In this document: one piece after another, positions 17,290 to 25,831 of the stretch | Position numbering within the stretch: the stretch's first letter is position 1 | How the letters are laid out: each line of letters starts with the position of its first letter | DNA from: Rhodobacter capsulatus SB 1003 | GTDB taxonomy: Bacteria; Pseudomonadota; Alphaproteobacteria; Rhodobacterales; Rhodobacteraceae | Direction: 5' to 3' | NCBI RefSeq assembly: GCF_000021865.1 | Contig: NC_014035.1 | Span: 60,001-92,000, forward strand | Length of the DNA: 32,000 nucleotides | Notes under the pieces: model-generated | The model's input: the letters and a program-made list of their open reading frames with translations, nothing else | Databases searched by the model: none | What the model was told of the DNA's origin: nothing | Made by a program: the position numbers and the translations under genes

Positions 17290-17517
17290 TTAGACCGTCG
17301 GCTTTGGGCCGGGTACGTCGATCAACTCGTCGCTTTCGCAACGGGCGGGGAGCGGCCTGTGAGTTTGCGGCATCGCACCCGCGGCAATTCGTGATAGCTG
17401 CCGGTCGCCGAGAGCTTCGGGAATATTGCATGCAACGCGCAGGTTGCTGACGCGGAACTCAATCGGTCGCCCATTGGGCGACCGCTTCATCTCGCTCATC
17501 AGCGGACAGTCGTTCAA
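17290..17517 (-). CDS. Hypothetical small ORF whose last 20 codons are the right repeat copy
   Basis: 75 codons with GC3 about 72% by my count. No family recognised. The stop codon (17290-17292) abuts the repeat edge. A perfect 8-bp hairpin GGTCGCCC-ATT-GGGCGACC lies inside it (17465-17483). Confidence 0.3.
   Translation of the reverse strand: MNDCPLMSEMKRSPNGRPIEFRVSNLRVACNIPEALGDRQLSRIAAGAMPQTHRPLPARCESDELIDVPGPKPTV
17293..17353 (+). repeat. Right copy of the 61-bp imperfect direct repeat
   Basis: See the left copy. On the minus strand both copies encode LPARCE(G/S)DELID(G/V)PGP. Confidence 0.7.
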
Positions 17518-17674
17518 GTTTTATGGGGGCAACAGAATCCGTAACTCATGTCAGTTGAACGCGATGAGGTGACGGGCTGCAGCGATGGGTTGCCCGGAAT
17601 AATTTCCGCGAAGCCCTCTGGCTTGCCTCTCTGCTGCCAACCGTTCTTGCGGGACCCTCTGCGCTGCTGAGCTC

Positions 17675-18499
17675 TCACGCAAGGCTCGCCGTTTGCGGCC
17701 CATGGAAGAAGTTCGCGGTCGCCCCTCCGTCGATCAGGAAATCGCTGCCGGTGATGAAGCCCCCCTCCGGCCCCATGATATGCGCGGCAAGGGATGCCAC
17801 CTCGTCGGGGGTGCCCGCGCGACCGGCGGGCATCTGTTTCAGCATCGCCTGATAAAACTCTGCGCGCTCACCGTGCAACTCATCTTGCGCAAGCGGAGTG
17901 ACGATGATGCCGGGGCTGATCGCGTTGATCCGTGCGTCGCGCTTCGCCCAGTTGACGGCCTCGCCGCGCACTCGAAGCGAGTTGCACCGCTTCGACATCT
18001 GATAGGCGTGCAGCGTGTCCGTCACGCCCTTCACGAAGTCCAGCGCCAGCAGGTCATCGGCCGGGGCCGTGGCCAGAAGCGCATCCTGCTCCGCCGACAG
18101 GGCTGGCATGCGATACCCGGACTGCGACGAGATCACCAAGCCCGAACCGCCCGGCGCGATCACGCGGCCGAATTCTTCAAGCACGACGGCTGTGCCGTAA
18201 AGATCAACCTTCAGGATCGCCGCGATGGGCGCTTGCGACGGGGAAACGCCCGCCGCCTGCACCACGGCCTTGATCGCCCCGAGCGTCCCGGCCCGAGCGG
18301 CAACAGCCTGAACCGCCGCGCGGTCAGAGATATCGGCCTGCATGGCTGTCACCTCGAACCCGGCGCGTGCAAGCCCCTCGGCCGCCGCATCGGCCGAGGC
18401 CTGGGTCCGATTGGCCACCACGATCAGGCGGCCAATGCTGATCCGACGGGCGATGGCCTGGCCAATCCCCCCGGCGCCGAAGACGACGGTTACCTCCAT
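17675..18499 (-). CDS. Short-chain dehydrogenase/reductase (SDR) family oxidoreductase
   Basis: MEVTVVFGAGGIGQAIA Rossmann motif and the catalytic YxxxK in HAYQMSKRC. Start at the ATG at 18499 with a GGAGGA Shine-Dalgarno. It lies 1 nt downstream of the ADH stop. Confidence 0.85.
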   Translation of the reverse strand: MEVTVVFGAGGIGQAIARRISIGRLIVVANRTQASADAAAEGLARAGFEVTAMQADISDRAAVQAVAARAGTLGAIKAVVQAAGVSPSQAPIAAILKVDLYGTAVVLEEFGRVIAPGGSGLVISSQSGYRMPALSAEQDALLATAPADDLLALDFVKGVTDTLHAYQMSKRCNSLRVRGEAVNWAKRDARINAISPGIIVTPLAQDELHGERAEFYQAMLKQMPAGRAGTPDEVASLAAHIMGPEGGFITGSDFLIDGGATANFFHGPQTASLA

Positions 18500-18500
18500 G

Positions 18501-19523
18501 TCAATCCTCCACCTGCAGCATGGTCTTGATGGCGCGGCGTTCGTCCATGGCCTTGTAGCCCTCGGCCACCTGCGCAATCGGCAGCACCAGATCGAAGACC
18601 TTTCCGGGCTGGATCCTGCCTTGCAGGACGCGCTCCATCAGATCGGGCAGGAAGCGGCGGACGGGCGCGGGACCACCCAGCATCCGCTGCTGCTTGAAGA
18701 ACATCTGTTGCCCGTCGAAACTGACCCCATGCGGCACGCCGACATAGCCGATCGACCCGCCGGGGCGGCACACGCCCGTGGCCTGCGCCATCGAGCCGAC
18801 GGTGCCCACCGCCTCGATCACCGAGGCGGCGCCGATGCCCTTGGTCAACTCCATCACCCGGGCAATCCCCTCGGCCCCGCGTTCGGACACGATGTCGGTG
18901 GCGCCAAATTCCCGCGCCAGCGCCGAGCGGCTTTCATGTCCGCTCATCGCGATGATCCGCTCGGCCCCCATCTGATGCGCCGCCATCACACCCATCAGCC
19001 CGACCGCGCCGTCACCCACCACAACGACTGTGCCGCCCTCGCGCACATCGGCCGCCCATGCCCCATACCAGCCGGTTCCCAGCACATCCGACACCGCCAG
19101 AAGATGCGGGATCATCGCCGCATCGGGCATTTCCTTGGTGGCAACCAGCGTGCCATCGGCCAAGGGCACCCGCGCATAGGGGGCCTGCGCCCCTGACATG
19201 AATTCGCGTTGCGCGCACGACGATTGAAAGCCGAACTGGCAATGCGGGCAGGTGTTGTCCGACAGACAAAAGCTGCCCACGACGAACTGACCGGGTTTCA
19301 CGGTGCGGACCTCGGCGCCCACCTCGACCACGACGCCGCAGTATTCGTGGCCCATGTGCATCGGCGCGGTGATCGGGTTTGCGCCGCGATAGGGCCAAAG
19401 GTCCGAGCCGCAGATGCAGGTGGCCGACAGCTTGATGATCGCATCGGTGGGTTTGAGGATTTTCGGATCCTCGACGCGCTCATAGCGAACGTCGCCGGGG
19501 CCGTGCAGAACAGTTGCATACAT
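18501..19523 (-). CDS. Zinc-dependent medium-chain alcohol dehydrogenase family protein
   Basis: CICGSDLWPY, MGHEYCGVV and the structural Zn Cys cluster CPHCQFGFQSSC. The GDGAVGL NAD-binding motif is present. Confidence 0.9.
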   Translation of the reverse strand: MYATVLHGPGDVRYERVEDPKILKPTDAIIKLSATCICGSDLWPYRGANPITAPMHMGHEYCGVVVEVGAEVRTVKPGQFVVGSFCLSDNTCPHCQFGFQSSCAQREFMSGAQAPYARVPLADGTLVATKEMPDAAMIPHLLAVSDVLGTGWYGAWAADVREGGTVVVVGDGAVGLMGVMAAHQMGAERIIAMSGHESRSALAREFGATDIVSERGAEGIARVMELTKGIGAASVIEAVGTVGSMAQATGVCRPGGSIGYVGVPHGVSFDGQQMFFKQQRMLGGPAPVRRFLPDLMERVLQGRIQPGKVFDLVLPIAQVAEGYKAMDERRAIKTMLQVED

Positions 19524-19535
19524 GATCGTGCCTCC

Positions 19536-19931
19536 TTACGCGCCGTAGTCGGCGTCGGTAACGTGCTCCATCCAGGTGACGACCTGGCCGTCTTTCACCT
19601 CCTGAAGCGCGATATGGCTCATTGCGGTGTCGGGGGCGGCGCCGTGCCAATGCCGTTCCTCGGGGGCGAAGCAGACGACATCGCCGGGATGGATTTCCTC
19701 GATCGGTCCGCCTTCGCGCTGCACCCTTCCGCGCCCGAAGGTGACGATCAGCGTTTGCCCCAGCGGATGGGTATGCCATGCCGTGCGGGCACCGGGTTCA
19801 AAGGTGACATGCGCGCCCTGCACCCGTTCGGGCGCGGCGGGGTTGAAGAGCGGATCGACCCGGACGGTTCCGGTGAACCATGCCGAGGGACCGACAAACG
19901 AGGCACGCGAACCCGCGCGATGAATTTCCAT
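19536..19931 (-). CDS. Cupin-domain protein
   Basis: Cupin motifs [13 protein letters not shown] and [16 protein letters not shown]. Start chosen at the ATG at 19931 (MEIHRAG). Confidence 0.8.
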   Translation of the reverse strand: MEIHRAGSRASFVGPSAWFTGTVRVDPLFNPAAPERVQGAHVTFEPGARTAWHTHPLGQTLIVTFGRGRVQREGGPIEEIHPGDVVCFAPEERHWHGAAPDTAMSHIALQEVKDGQVVTWMEHVTDADYGA

Positions 19932-20011
19932 GACATGTCCTTTCGGGGCGGGCCGTTCTTGGCCGCGGCATCGCCGCAAGCTACGGGTTTTGCGTTTCGG
20001 CGATAATGCGC

Positions 20012-20030
20012 TAGACCGGTATTGGGTCTA
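20012..20030. promoter_or_regulatory. Candidate LysR-type binding site TAGACC-N7-GGTCTA in the divergent cupin/lysR intergenic region
   Basis: Perfect 6-bp inverted repeat that includes a T-N11-A core. It ends 17 bp upstream of the lysR ATG. Confidence 0.4.
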
Positions 20031-20046
20031 TCATCTGGGGATATGA

Positions 20047-20940
20047 ATGCGGCGCGATGAAATGGGCGATCTGATCGCCTTTCTGGCGGTGGCAGAGGAG
20101 CGCAGCTTTACCCGGGCGGCGGCGCGGCTGGGCACGTCGCAAAGCGCGGTCAGCGCGGTGGTGCGCCGACTTGAGGAGCGGCTCGACGTGCGGTTGTTGA
20201 CCCGTACCACCCGGTCGGTTTCGGTGACCGAGGCGGGGCAGCGGCTGGTGGATGCGCTGCGCCCGGCCTTTGACGGGATCGAGGCGGAGCTGGCGGCGCT
20301 TGATGATATCCGCGCCCGGCCGCAAGGCATGATCCGGCTGACGGCAAGCCGCCATGCCGCCGAGCGGATCGTGATGCCGGTGGCGAACCGGCTGATGGCG
20401 GATTACCCCGAGGTGCGGGTGGAAATCCTGCTGGATCAACGCTTTGTCGATATCGCGAAAGAGGGCTTCGACGCCGGCATCAGGCTTGGCGAAAGCGTTG
20501 ATCGCGACATGATCGGGGTGCGCATCTCGGGGGATCTGCAGATGGTCGTGGCTGGATCGCCCGCCTATTTCGCCCGCCATCCTGCGCCGCAAACCCCGCA
20601 AGACCTGACGGCGCACAACTGCATCAACCTGCGCCTGCCGACCTTGGGCGGGCTTTACGCCTGGGAATTCGAAAAGGACGGCCGCCCGCTGACAGTCCGG
20701 GTCGAGGGGCAGTTCACCACCAACGACCCCGAGCTTGCGGTGGCTGCGGCGCTCGAGGACCGGGGGCTGGTTTGCCTGATGACCGATTACCTTGCCCCGC
20801 ATCTCGCCTCGGGGCGGCTCGTTCGGGTGCTGGCCGACTGGTGCCCGCCGTTTTCGGGCTATCACCTTTACTACCCCAGCCGCCGCCAGATCACCCCGGC
20901 GTTCCGGCTTTTGATCGACGCTTTGCGCTGGCGGGGGTAG
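20047..20940 (+). CDS. LysR-family transcriptional regulator
   Basis: LIAFLAVAEERSFTRAAARLGTSQSAVSAVVRRLEERLDVRLLTRTTR HTH followed by a typical substrate-binding domain. Divergent from the cupin-ADH-SDR operon. An alternative start is the ATG at 20062. Confidence 0.9.
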   Translation: MRRDEMGDLIAFLAVAEERSFTRAAARLGTSQSAVSAVVRRLEERLDVRLLTRTTRSVSVTEAGQRLVDALRPAFDGIEAELAALDDIRARPQGMIRLTASRHAAERIVMPVANRLMADYPEVRVEILLDQRFVDIAKEGFDAGIRLGESVDRDMIGVRISGDLQMVVAGSPAYFARHPAPQTPQDLTAHNCINLRLPTLGGLYAWEFEKDGRPLTVRVEGQFTTNDPELAVAAALEDRGLVCLMTDYLAPHLASGRLVRVLADWCPPFSGYHLYYPSRRQITPAFRLLIDALRWRG

Positions 20941-21007
20941 CCCCTCCGCCACGGGCCCGGGCGTCAGCGGTAGGACAGGGCAAGGATCGCCTCGGGCAAC
21001 CTTGCGC

Positions 21008-21451
21008 CTTGCCCGCGGCGATCAGATCGCGCACCGCGCCCGCGACATCCTCCATCGGCACATCGGGATCGACCCGGTGCTGATAGAAAAGATCGATCAC
21101 CTCGACGCCCAACCGCTTCAGACTGGCCTCGGCCACCTGACGGATGCGCTCGGGGCGGCTGTTCAGCCCCCAGTCGCGCGCCCCGGTGACCTGATCGATG
21201 TTCCAGCCGAATTTCGTGGCAATCGTCACCTTGTCGCGGATCGGGGCCAGGGCCTTGCCCAGCAAGACCTCGTTCGTCCAGGGCCCATAGACTTCGGCGG
21301 TGTCGAAATGCGTCACCCCCAGATCGTAAGCGCCGCGAATGACCGAAATCGCCTCGGCCTCGCCGGGCGCCGCGCCATAGGTGGCGGCGAAACTCATCGT
21401 GCCAAAGCCGATTTCCGAGACCTCAAGCGGGCCAAGTTTGCGGGTTTTCAT
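21008..21451 (-). pseudogene. Aldo/keto reductase, N-terminal fragment (~148 codons)
   Basis: MKTRKLGPLEVSEIGFGTMSF...THFDTAEVYGPWTNEVLLGKAL...IDLFYQHRVDPDVPMEDVAGAVRDLIAAGK. AKR similarity then stops, and the ORF runs on as AQGCPRRSLPCP, antisense to the lysR 3' end. Confidence 0.7.
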
Positions 21452-21475
21452 GGGTTTATCCTTTCAGATGAGGGT

Positions 21476-22059
21476 TCAGGCCTTGTGAACGCCAAGGCTG
21501 ACATTCCCGAGGGCGGGTTGACCTGCGAGGGTCACGATCAGATCGGCGACGCTCTTGCGCGAGACAGCGGCACCGGAATTGCGGAAAGTTTCGCCCTTGA
21601 GCGTGGTGCCATAGGCGATCTCGTCGCGATCGTTCAGCCAGGCGGGGCGAATGACGGCATAGTCTAGACCCGAGGTTTCGATGACGCGCGCCGAGGCACG
21701 ATAGGGATCGAGGATCGCGCCGGGCGCTCTCCGGGCACCTCGTCGTAGATCCCCATCGAGGAGATGAAGATGACGCGGCCGACACCCGCCGCCTGCATCG
21801 CCGCGACGATGGCTTTGGCCTGCGCCTCCATCGCGCCCCAGAGGTTGGCATAGACGAGATCCTGACCTGTCATCGCGCTGGCCAGCGTCGCCGTGTCCAG
21901 AACGTCGCCCGTGAGGATGCGGGTGCGATCGGTCTCGGGGCCAAGCCTTCGGGCGGCATTGCGCGCGTAAAGGGTAAGTGTCGCATCGGTTCGGGCGAGC
22001 AGTTCCTGCGTCGCAACCCGCGCAATCTGTCCCGCCGCGCCAAGGATAAGGATCTTCAT
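21476..22059 (-). pseudogene. NAD(P)H-binding NmrA-like/atypical SDR protein with a frameshift
   Basis: The N-terminal part MKILILGAAGQIARV...FISSMGIYDEVPGE is in one frame (ORF 21664..22059). The C-terminal part ILDPYRASARVIETSGLDYAVIRPAWLNDRDE...SLGVHKA is in another (ORF 21476..22138). The switch maps to the C/G run around 21716-21730 and is consistent with loss of 1 nt. Confidence 0.7.
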
Positions 22060-22071
22060 TGCGGTCCCCCG

Positions 22072-22470
22072 TCAGGCCGCGATGAAAGGATGGACGTCGC
22101 GCCAGATGAAGCGCGCGACGCGTTTGGCAATCAGCCATTCTCCGTTCACCCGCAAATAGCTGTCACTGTAGATGACGCCGTTCGAGTTTCGGGTCTTGGC
22201 CCCCTCGGGCTCGCCGATCAGCTCGACGGTGCAGTCATGCGTGGCGGTGGCAGTATCGCCGTCGATCTCGGCGGTGAACTGGCCATTCACATGATAGACG
22301 GTGTCGAAGGTCGCGAGGAACGGCGTCCAGCTGTCCTCGATCGCCTTGCGGCCGCGCAGAGGGGGCAGCGCCGTCTCGCCAAACCAGGTTTCGACGACCC
22401 CGTCTTCGGTGAAGAGGAAGGTTTGTTCCTGCACCTGTCTGGCGTCAGCAAGGTTGGAGAAAGTGTCCAC
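22072..22470 (-). CDS. SnoaL-like/NTF2-fold protein, possibly 5'-truncated
   Basis: FLFTEDGVVETWFGE...GRKAIEDSW...YLRVNGEWLIAKR pattern. The only plausible start is the GTG at 22470. It leaves an unusually short first helix and abuts the AKR C-terminal fragment. Confidence 0.55.
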   Translation of the reverse strand: MDTFSNLADARQVQEQTFLFTEDGVVETWFGETALPPLRGRKAIEDSWTPFLATFDTVYHVNGQFTAEIDGDTATATHDCTVELIGEPEGAKTRNSNGVIYSDSYLRVNGEWLIAKRVARFIWRDVHPFIAA

Positions 22471-22926
22471 AAGGGCTTCCTGACCGGGGCGATGACCAAG
22501 GATACCGCGCTGGCCGAGTCCGACTTCCGCAAGACCCTGCCGCGTTTCACGCCTGAGGCGATGGAGAAGAACCAGGCGCTGGTCGACCTGCTCAGGCAAA
22601 TTGCGGCAGAGAAGGAAGCGACACCGGCGCAGATCGCGCTGGCCTGGCTCTTGGCGCAAGCGCCCCGGATCGTGCCCATCCCCGGAACCAGCAAGGCCTA
22701 TCGGCTCGAAGAGAACCTGGGTGCCGCCGAGATTGTCCTTGCGTCGGAGGATCTCGCGCGGATCAAGGCCGCAACAGCGAATATTCATATCGAGGGCGAG
22801 CGGCACACCGAGGCTGGCCTGAAGACCGTTGGTCTCTCATATGGCGACCTGAAAATGAGCGTCCACGTTGATCCTCGCTGCGCCCGAACTTTTCGGTTTC
22901 GGGCGCGCTGGCGTCATTCTTCGTAG
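22471..22926 (+). pseudogene. Aldo/keto reductase, C-terminal fragment, opposite strand to the N-terminal fragment
   Basis: KGFLTGAMTKDT...DFRKTLPRFTPEAMEKNQALVDLLRQIAAEKEATPAQIALAWLLAQAPRIVPIPGTSKAYRLEENLGA. No start codon context. About 65 central AKR codons are absent from the window. The reading frame appears extended past the usual C-terminus. Confidence 0.7.
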
Positions 22927-23847
22927 ACGTCATCGATTGACCCGCTTGGGCGTCGCGTCGTCATTCGTCAGCTTGCGACCCGATCATGGGGTCTAAGCCC
23001 CTCCCCCGCCTTCAGCGTGTTGATAGGGGCCGCGATATCCTCGCGCTCGTCCATGAACTTGGCGTCGGACTGGATCAGGCCCATGATGTCGTCGCAATCG
23101 ATCAGGCGATGCAGGCGACACTCGCCAAGATCGTGACCGGGACAAAACGGTTGGCGCCGCCAAGCCGGGTTTCGGGGGCCGATGTAACGTGCAAGGATTG
23201 GCTTGACGTGCGGAACGCAAGACAGGAAGCAAGCGCGGAGAACGCCGCCGGGATCAATCGAGAGAGCGACAACGACGAACACTTCGGGGCTGAAGAAGAT
23301 CGCAGCACTCCTGGCTTCCCCTGAAACGCCCAACAGCCATAAGAGGATAGCGCGTCCGGCGTCATTGATGCACCCGGCCCGGAACCGCCGGGCGCCGTCG
23401 CGGCTTGGCGCGCCAAAGCTGACTGTCGATCGCGCCGCAGCGAGAATTTCGGCAGGCCCCGGGCAATGATGCTTTCATCCGAGCTTTGGCAAGTCGCACA
23501 TGGACGATCCTGCAGGCCCCCTTCCGCCCGGCTCGAGACACAATGCGTGGCCCGTACAAGCCGTGCCGAAAGGGCACTTCAAGCAGGGGTTGCGCGAAAA
23601 CGCCTCGCGAGCCAGGGAAATACCCGCACAAAGGTTGCAATGTCGCAATCAGTCGTTTACGACATGCGCGTCGGTTTCGGCCGTCTTTGTGCCTTGCGCA
23701 CTGTCCATCGACCGCCCTTGCGGTTGGCATGACCTGGCCCTGTGTCTCCGTGACGCTTTCGATTTGGGCCTTCGCAATCAAACGGGTTTCCGGTTGCTGC
23801 GGCGCGCCGGTCATCGTCACGAACGCGCCGCACACAGGAGGACGCCG

Positions 23848-24849
23848 ATGAAGAAGCCGTTTGCTTCTGTCTGGCTCACCGCATCTTTTGCCGCTTTGGC
23901 CGCCCCGGTCATGGCCGCAGAGGACTGCGGAAGGGTCAGCATTGCGGAAATGAACTGGGCCTCGGCCGGTGTGGCCGCCCATGTCGACAAGATCATTCTG
24001 GAAAGCGGCTATGGCTGCGAGGTCGAACTGGTCACCGGCGACACGATGCCCAGCTTCACCTCGATGAACGAAAAGGGCGAACCCGACATGGCGCCCGAAT
24101 TGTGGGTGAATGCGGTGAAGGTCGCGCTGGATACCGCCGTGGCCGAGGGCCGCCTGATCCTGGCGGCGCCGCTGCTGGCCGAGGGCGGGGAGGAGGGCTG
24201 GTGGGTGCCCAAATACATCGTCGACGCCCATCCGGAGATCACCACCGTTTCGGCAGCCCTTGCCCGACCCGATCTGTTCCCCGCGCCCGAAGATCCCGGC
24301 CGCGGTGCGGTGCACAACTGCCCCTCGGGGTGGAATTGCCAGATCACCACCGAAAACCTTTACCGGGCGCTGGAGGCCGAGACCAAGGGCTTCGATCTGG
24401 TCGATACCGGGTCTGCGGCGGGGCTCGACGGTTCGATCGCCAATGCCCATGAACGCAAGCTGGGATGGCTGGGCTATTATTGGGCACCGACCGCAATCCT
24501 TGGCAAATACGAGATGGTCAAGCTCGATTTCGGCGTGCCGCTGGACAAGGCGCATTTCGACGCCTGCACCTCGCAGCCCGATTGCCCCGACCCGAAGGTG
24601 ACCGCCTATCCGGTTTCGGAGGTGGTCACCGTGGTCACCAGGGCCTTTGCCGAAAAGGCCGGCGTGGCGATGGATTATGTGCAGACCCGCAAATGGTCGA
24701 ATGCCACCGTCAATCAGGTTCTGGCCTGGATGGAGGCGAACCAGGGCACCAACGAGGACGGGGCCCGGCATTTCCTTGAAACCTGTCCCGAGCTTTGGCG
24801 GGACTGGGTTCCGGCCGATGTGGCGCAAAAGGTGAAAGCCGCGCTTTGA
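23848..24849 (+). CDS. proX: Glycine betaine/proline betaine-type ABC transporter substrate-binding protein
   Basis: MKKPFASVWLTASFAALAAPVMA signal peptide, then IAEMNWASAGVAAHV...GWWVP...GYYWAP (ProX/OpuAC-like). AGGAGGA Shine-Dalgarno at 23836-23842. Confidence 0.85.
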   Translation: MKKPFASVWLTASFAALAAPVMAAEDCGRVSIAEMNWASAGVAAHVDKIILESGYGCEVELVTGDTMPSFTSMNEKGEPDMAPELWVNAVKVALDTAVAEGRLILAAPLLAEGGEEGWWVPKYIVDAHPEITTVSAALARPDLFPAPEDPGRGAVHNCPSGWNCQITTENLYRALEAETKGFDLVDTGSAAGLDGSIANAHERKLGWLGYYWAPTAILGKYEMVKLDFGVPLDKAHFDACTSQPDCPDPKVTAYPVSEVVTVVTRAFAEKAGVAMDYVQTRKWSNATVNQVLAWMEANQGTNEDGARHFLETCPELWRDWVPADVAQKVKAAL

Positions 24850-24919
24850 GCCCGGCCTGCCCTCTGGCGTGCGGCGGCCTGCCGCGCGTCCCCCGTTATC
24901 ACAACCGTCAGGACCTTGC

Positions 24920-25831
24920 ATGGCATCCGACTGCTGGAGCTTGCCCGAAACCCTGTGCCGCTTTCCCGCGATGGAGGCAAAAACCCTGCGCCTGATGCGC
25001 AAAAGCATCGACGACGGCTTTCGCGACATCGTGCGAAGCTGGGCGGACACGATCGACGCGGCCACGGTTCCGCTTCAGATGTTTCTCAACACGCTCGAAC
25101 ACGCCTTCACCGACACCCCCTGGGTTCTGGTGCTGGTGGTGTTGCTCGCCGCGGTCTGGGGCACCGCACGCAATTGGAAAATCGTTCTGGGCACGGCGGT
25201 TGCGCTATGTCTGATCGGCTGGGTCGGGCTGTGGCAGGATACGATGGTGACCTTGGCGATGGTGTCGTTTTGCACCCTTGTGGCGGTCGTCATCGGCCTG
25301 CCCATCGGCATTGCCGCCGCCCGCTCCGACAGGCTGCAACGCCTTGTCAGCCCGGTTCTGGACGTGATGCAGACGCTGCCCAGTTTCGTCTATCTGATCC
25401 CGGTGGTGGTGATCTTCGGCATCGGCAAGGTTCCGGGCATGATTGCCGTGGTGATCTATGCCGTGCCGCCGATGATCCGGCTGACCACCCTTGGCATCCG
25501 GCTGGTGGACCGCGAAGTGACCGAGGCCGCCGAGGCCTTCGGATCCTCGGCGCGACAAAAGCTGTGGAACGTGCAATTGCCCCTGGCGCTGCCCACGATC
25601 ATGACGGGGGTGAACCAGACCATCATGATGTCGCTGTCGATGGTGGTCGTGGCCTCGATGGTGGGGGTCGGGGGCCTGGGCAAGAACGTGCTGCAGGCGA
25701 TCAACAACCAGTTCTTCACCGTGGGCTTCCTGAACGGGTTTGCGCTGGTGGCCATTGCCATCGTCTTTGACCGCAGCAGTCAGGCTTTCGGCCTGCGGCT
25801 GCAAAAACACCGCGAGGCAGGCCATGACTGA
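24920..25831 (+). CDS. proW: Betaine ABC transporter permease
   Basis: TLPSFVYLIPVVVIFGIGKVPGMIAVVIYAVPPMIRLT and the EAA-loop EAAEAFGSSARQKLWNVQLPLALP. Start chosen at the ATG at 24920. Confidence 0.85.
   Translation: MASDCWSLPETLCRFPAMEAKTLRLMRKSIDDGFRDIVRSWADTIDAATVPLQMFLNTLEHAFTDTPWVLVLVVLLAAVWGTARNWKIVLGTAVALCLIGWVGLWQDTMVTLAMVSFCTLVAVVIGLPIGIAAARSDRLQRLVSPVLDVMQTLPSFVYLIPVVVIFGIGKVPGMIAVVIYAVPPMIRLTTLGIRLVDREVTEAAEAFGSSARQKLWNVQLPLALPTIMTGVNQTIMMSLSMVVVASMVGVGGLGKNVLQAINNQFFTVGFLNGFALVAIAIVFDRSSQAFGLRLQKHREAGHD

Larger units (their letters stand above)
13332..17353 (+). mobile_element. Putative ~4 kb genomic islet (repeat-bounded, no recombinase gene) carrying the OLD/UvrD module
   Basis: Direct repeats at both ends, an AT-rich left end (13440-13610), and a two-gene cargo unrelated to its neighbours. 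Confidence 0.4.

Noticed and set aside
13297-17488. Shared 13-mer GGGCGACCGCTTC at 13297-13309 and 17476-17488 as an extension of the flanking repeats
   Set aside because: It lies on opposite sides of the 61-bp repeat in the two copies. A 13-nt GC-rich match is within chance expectation for a 32-kb high-GC window.
20011-20952. 313-aa minus ORF opposite lysR
   Set aside because: The LysR HTH and effector domain on the plus strand are unambiguous. The minus frame is a shadow, though the AKR N-fragment ORF reads into this region after its homology ends.
20997-22456. 9-nt inverted microhomology CAACCTTGC (20997-21005) / GCAAGGTTG (22448-22456) near the two AKR breakpoints as proof of a simple inversion
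   Set aside because: I reconstructed both pre-inversion junctions. Neither restores an in-frame AKR nor a SnoaL start codon, and about 65 AKR codons remain missing. A simple one-step inversion through this microhomology is not supported.
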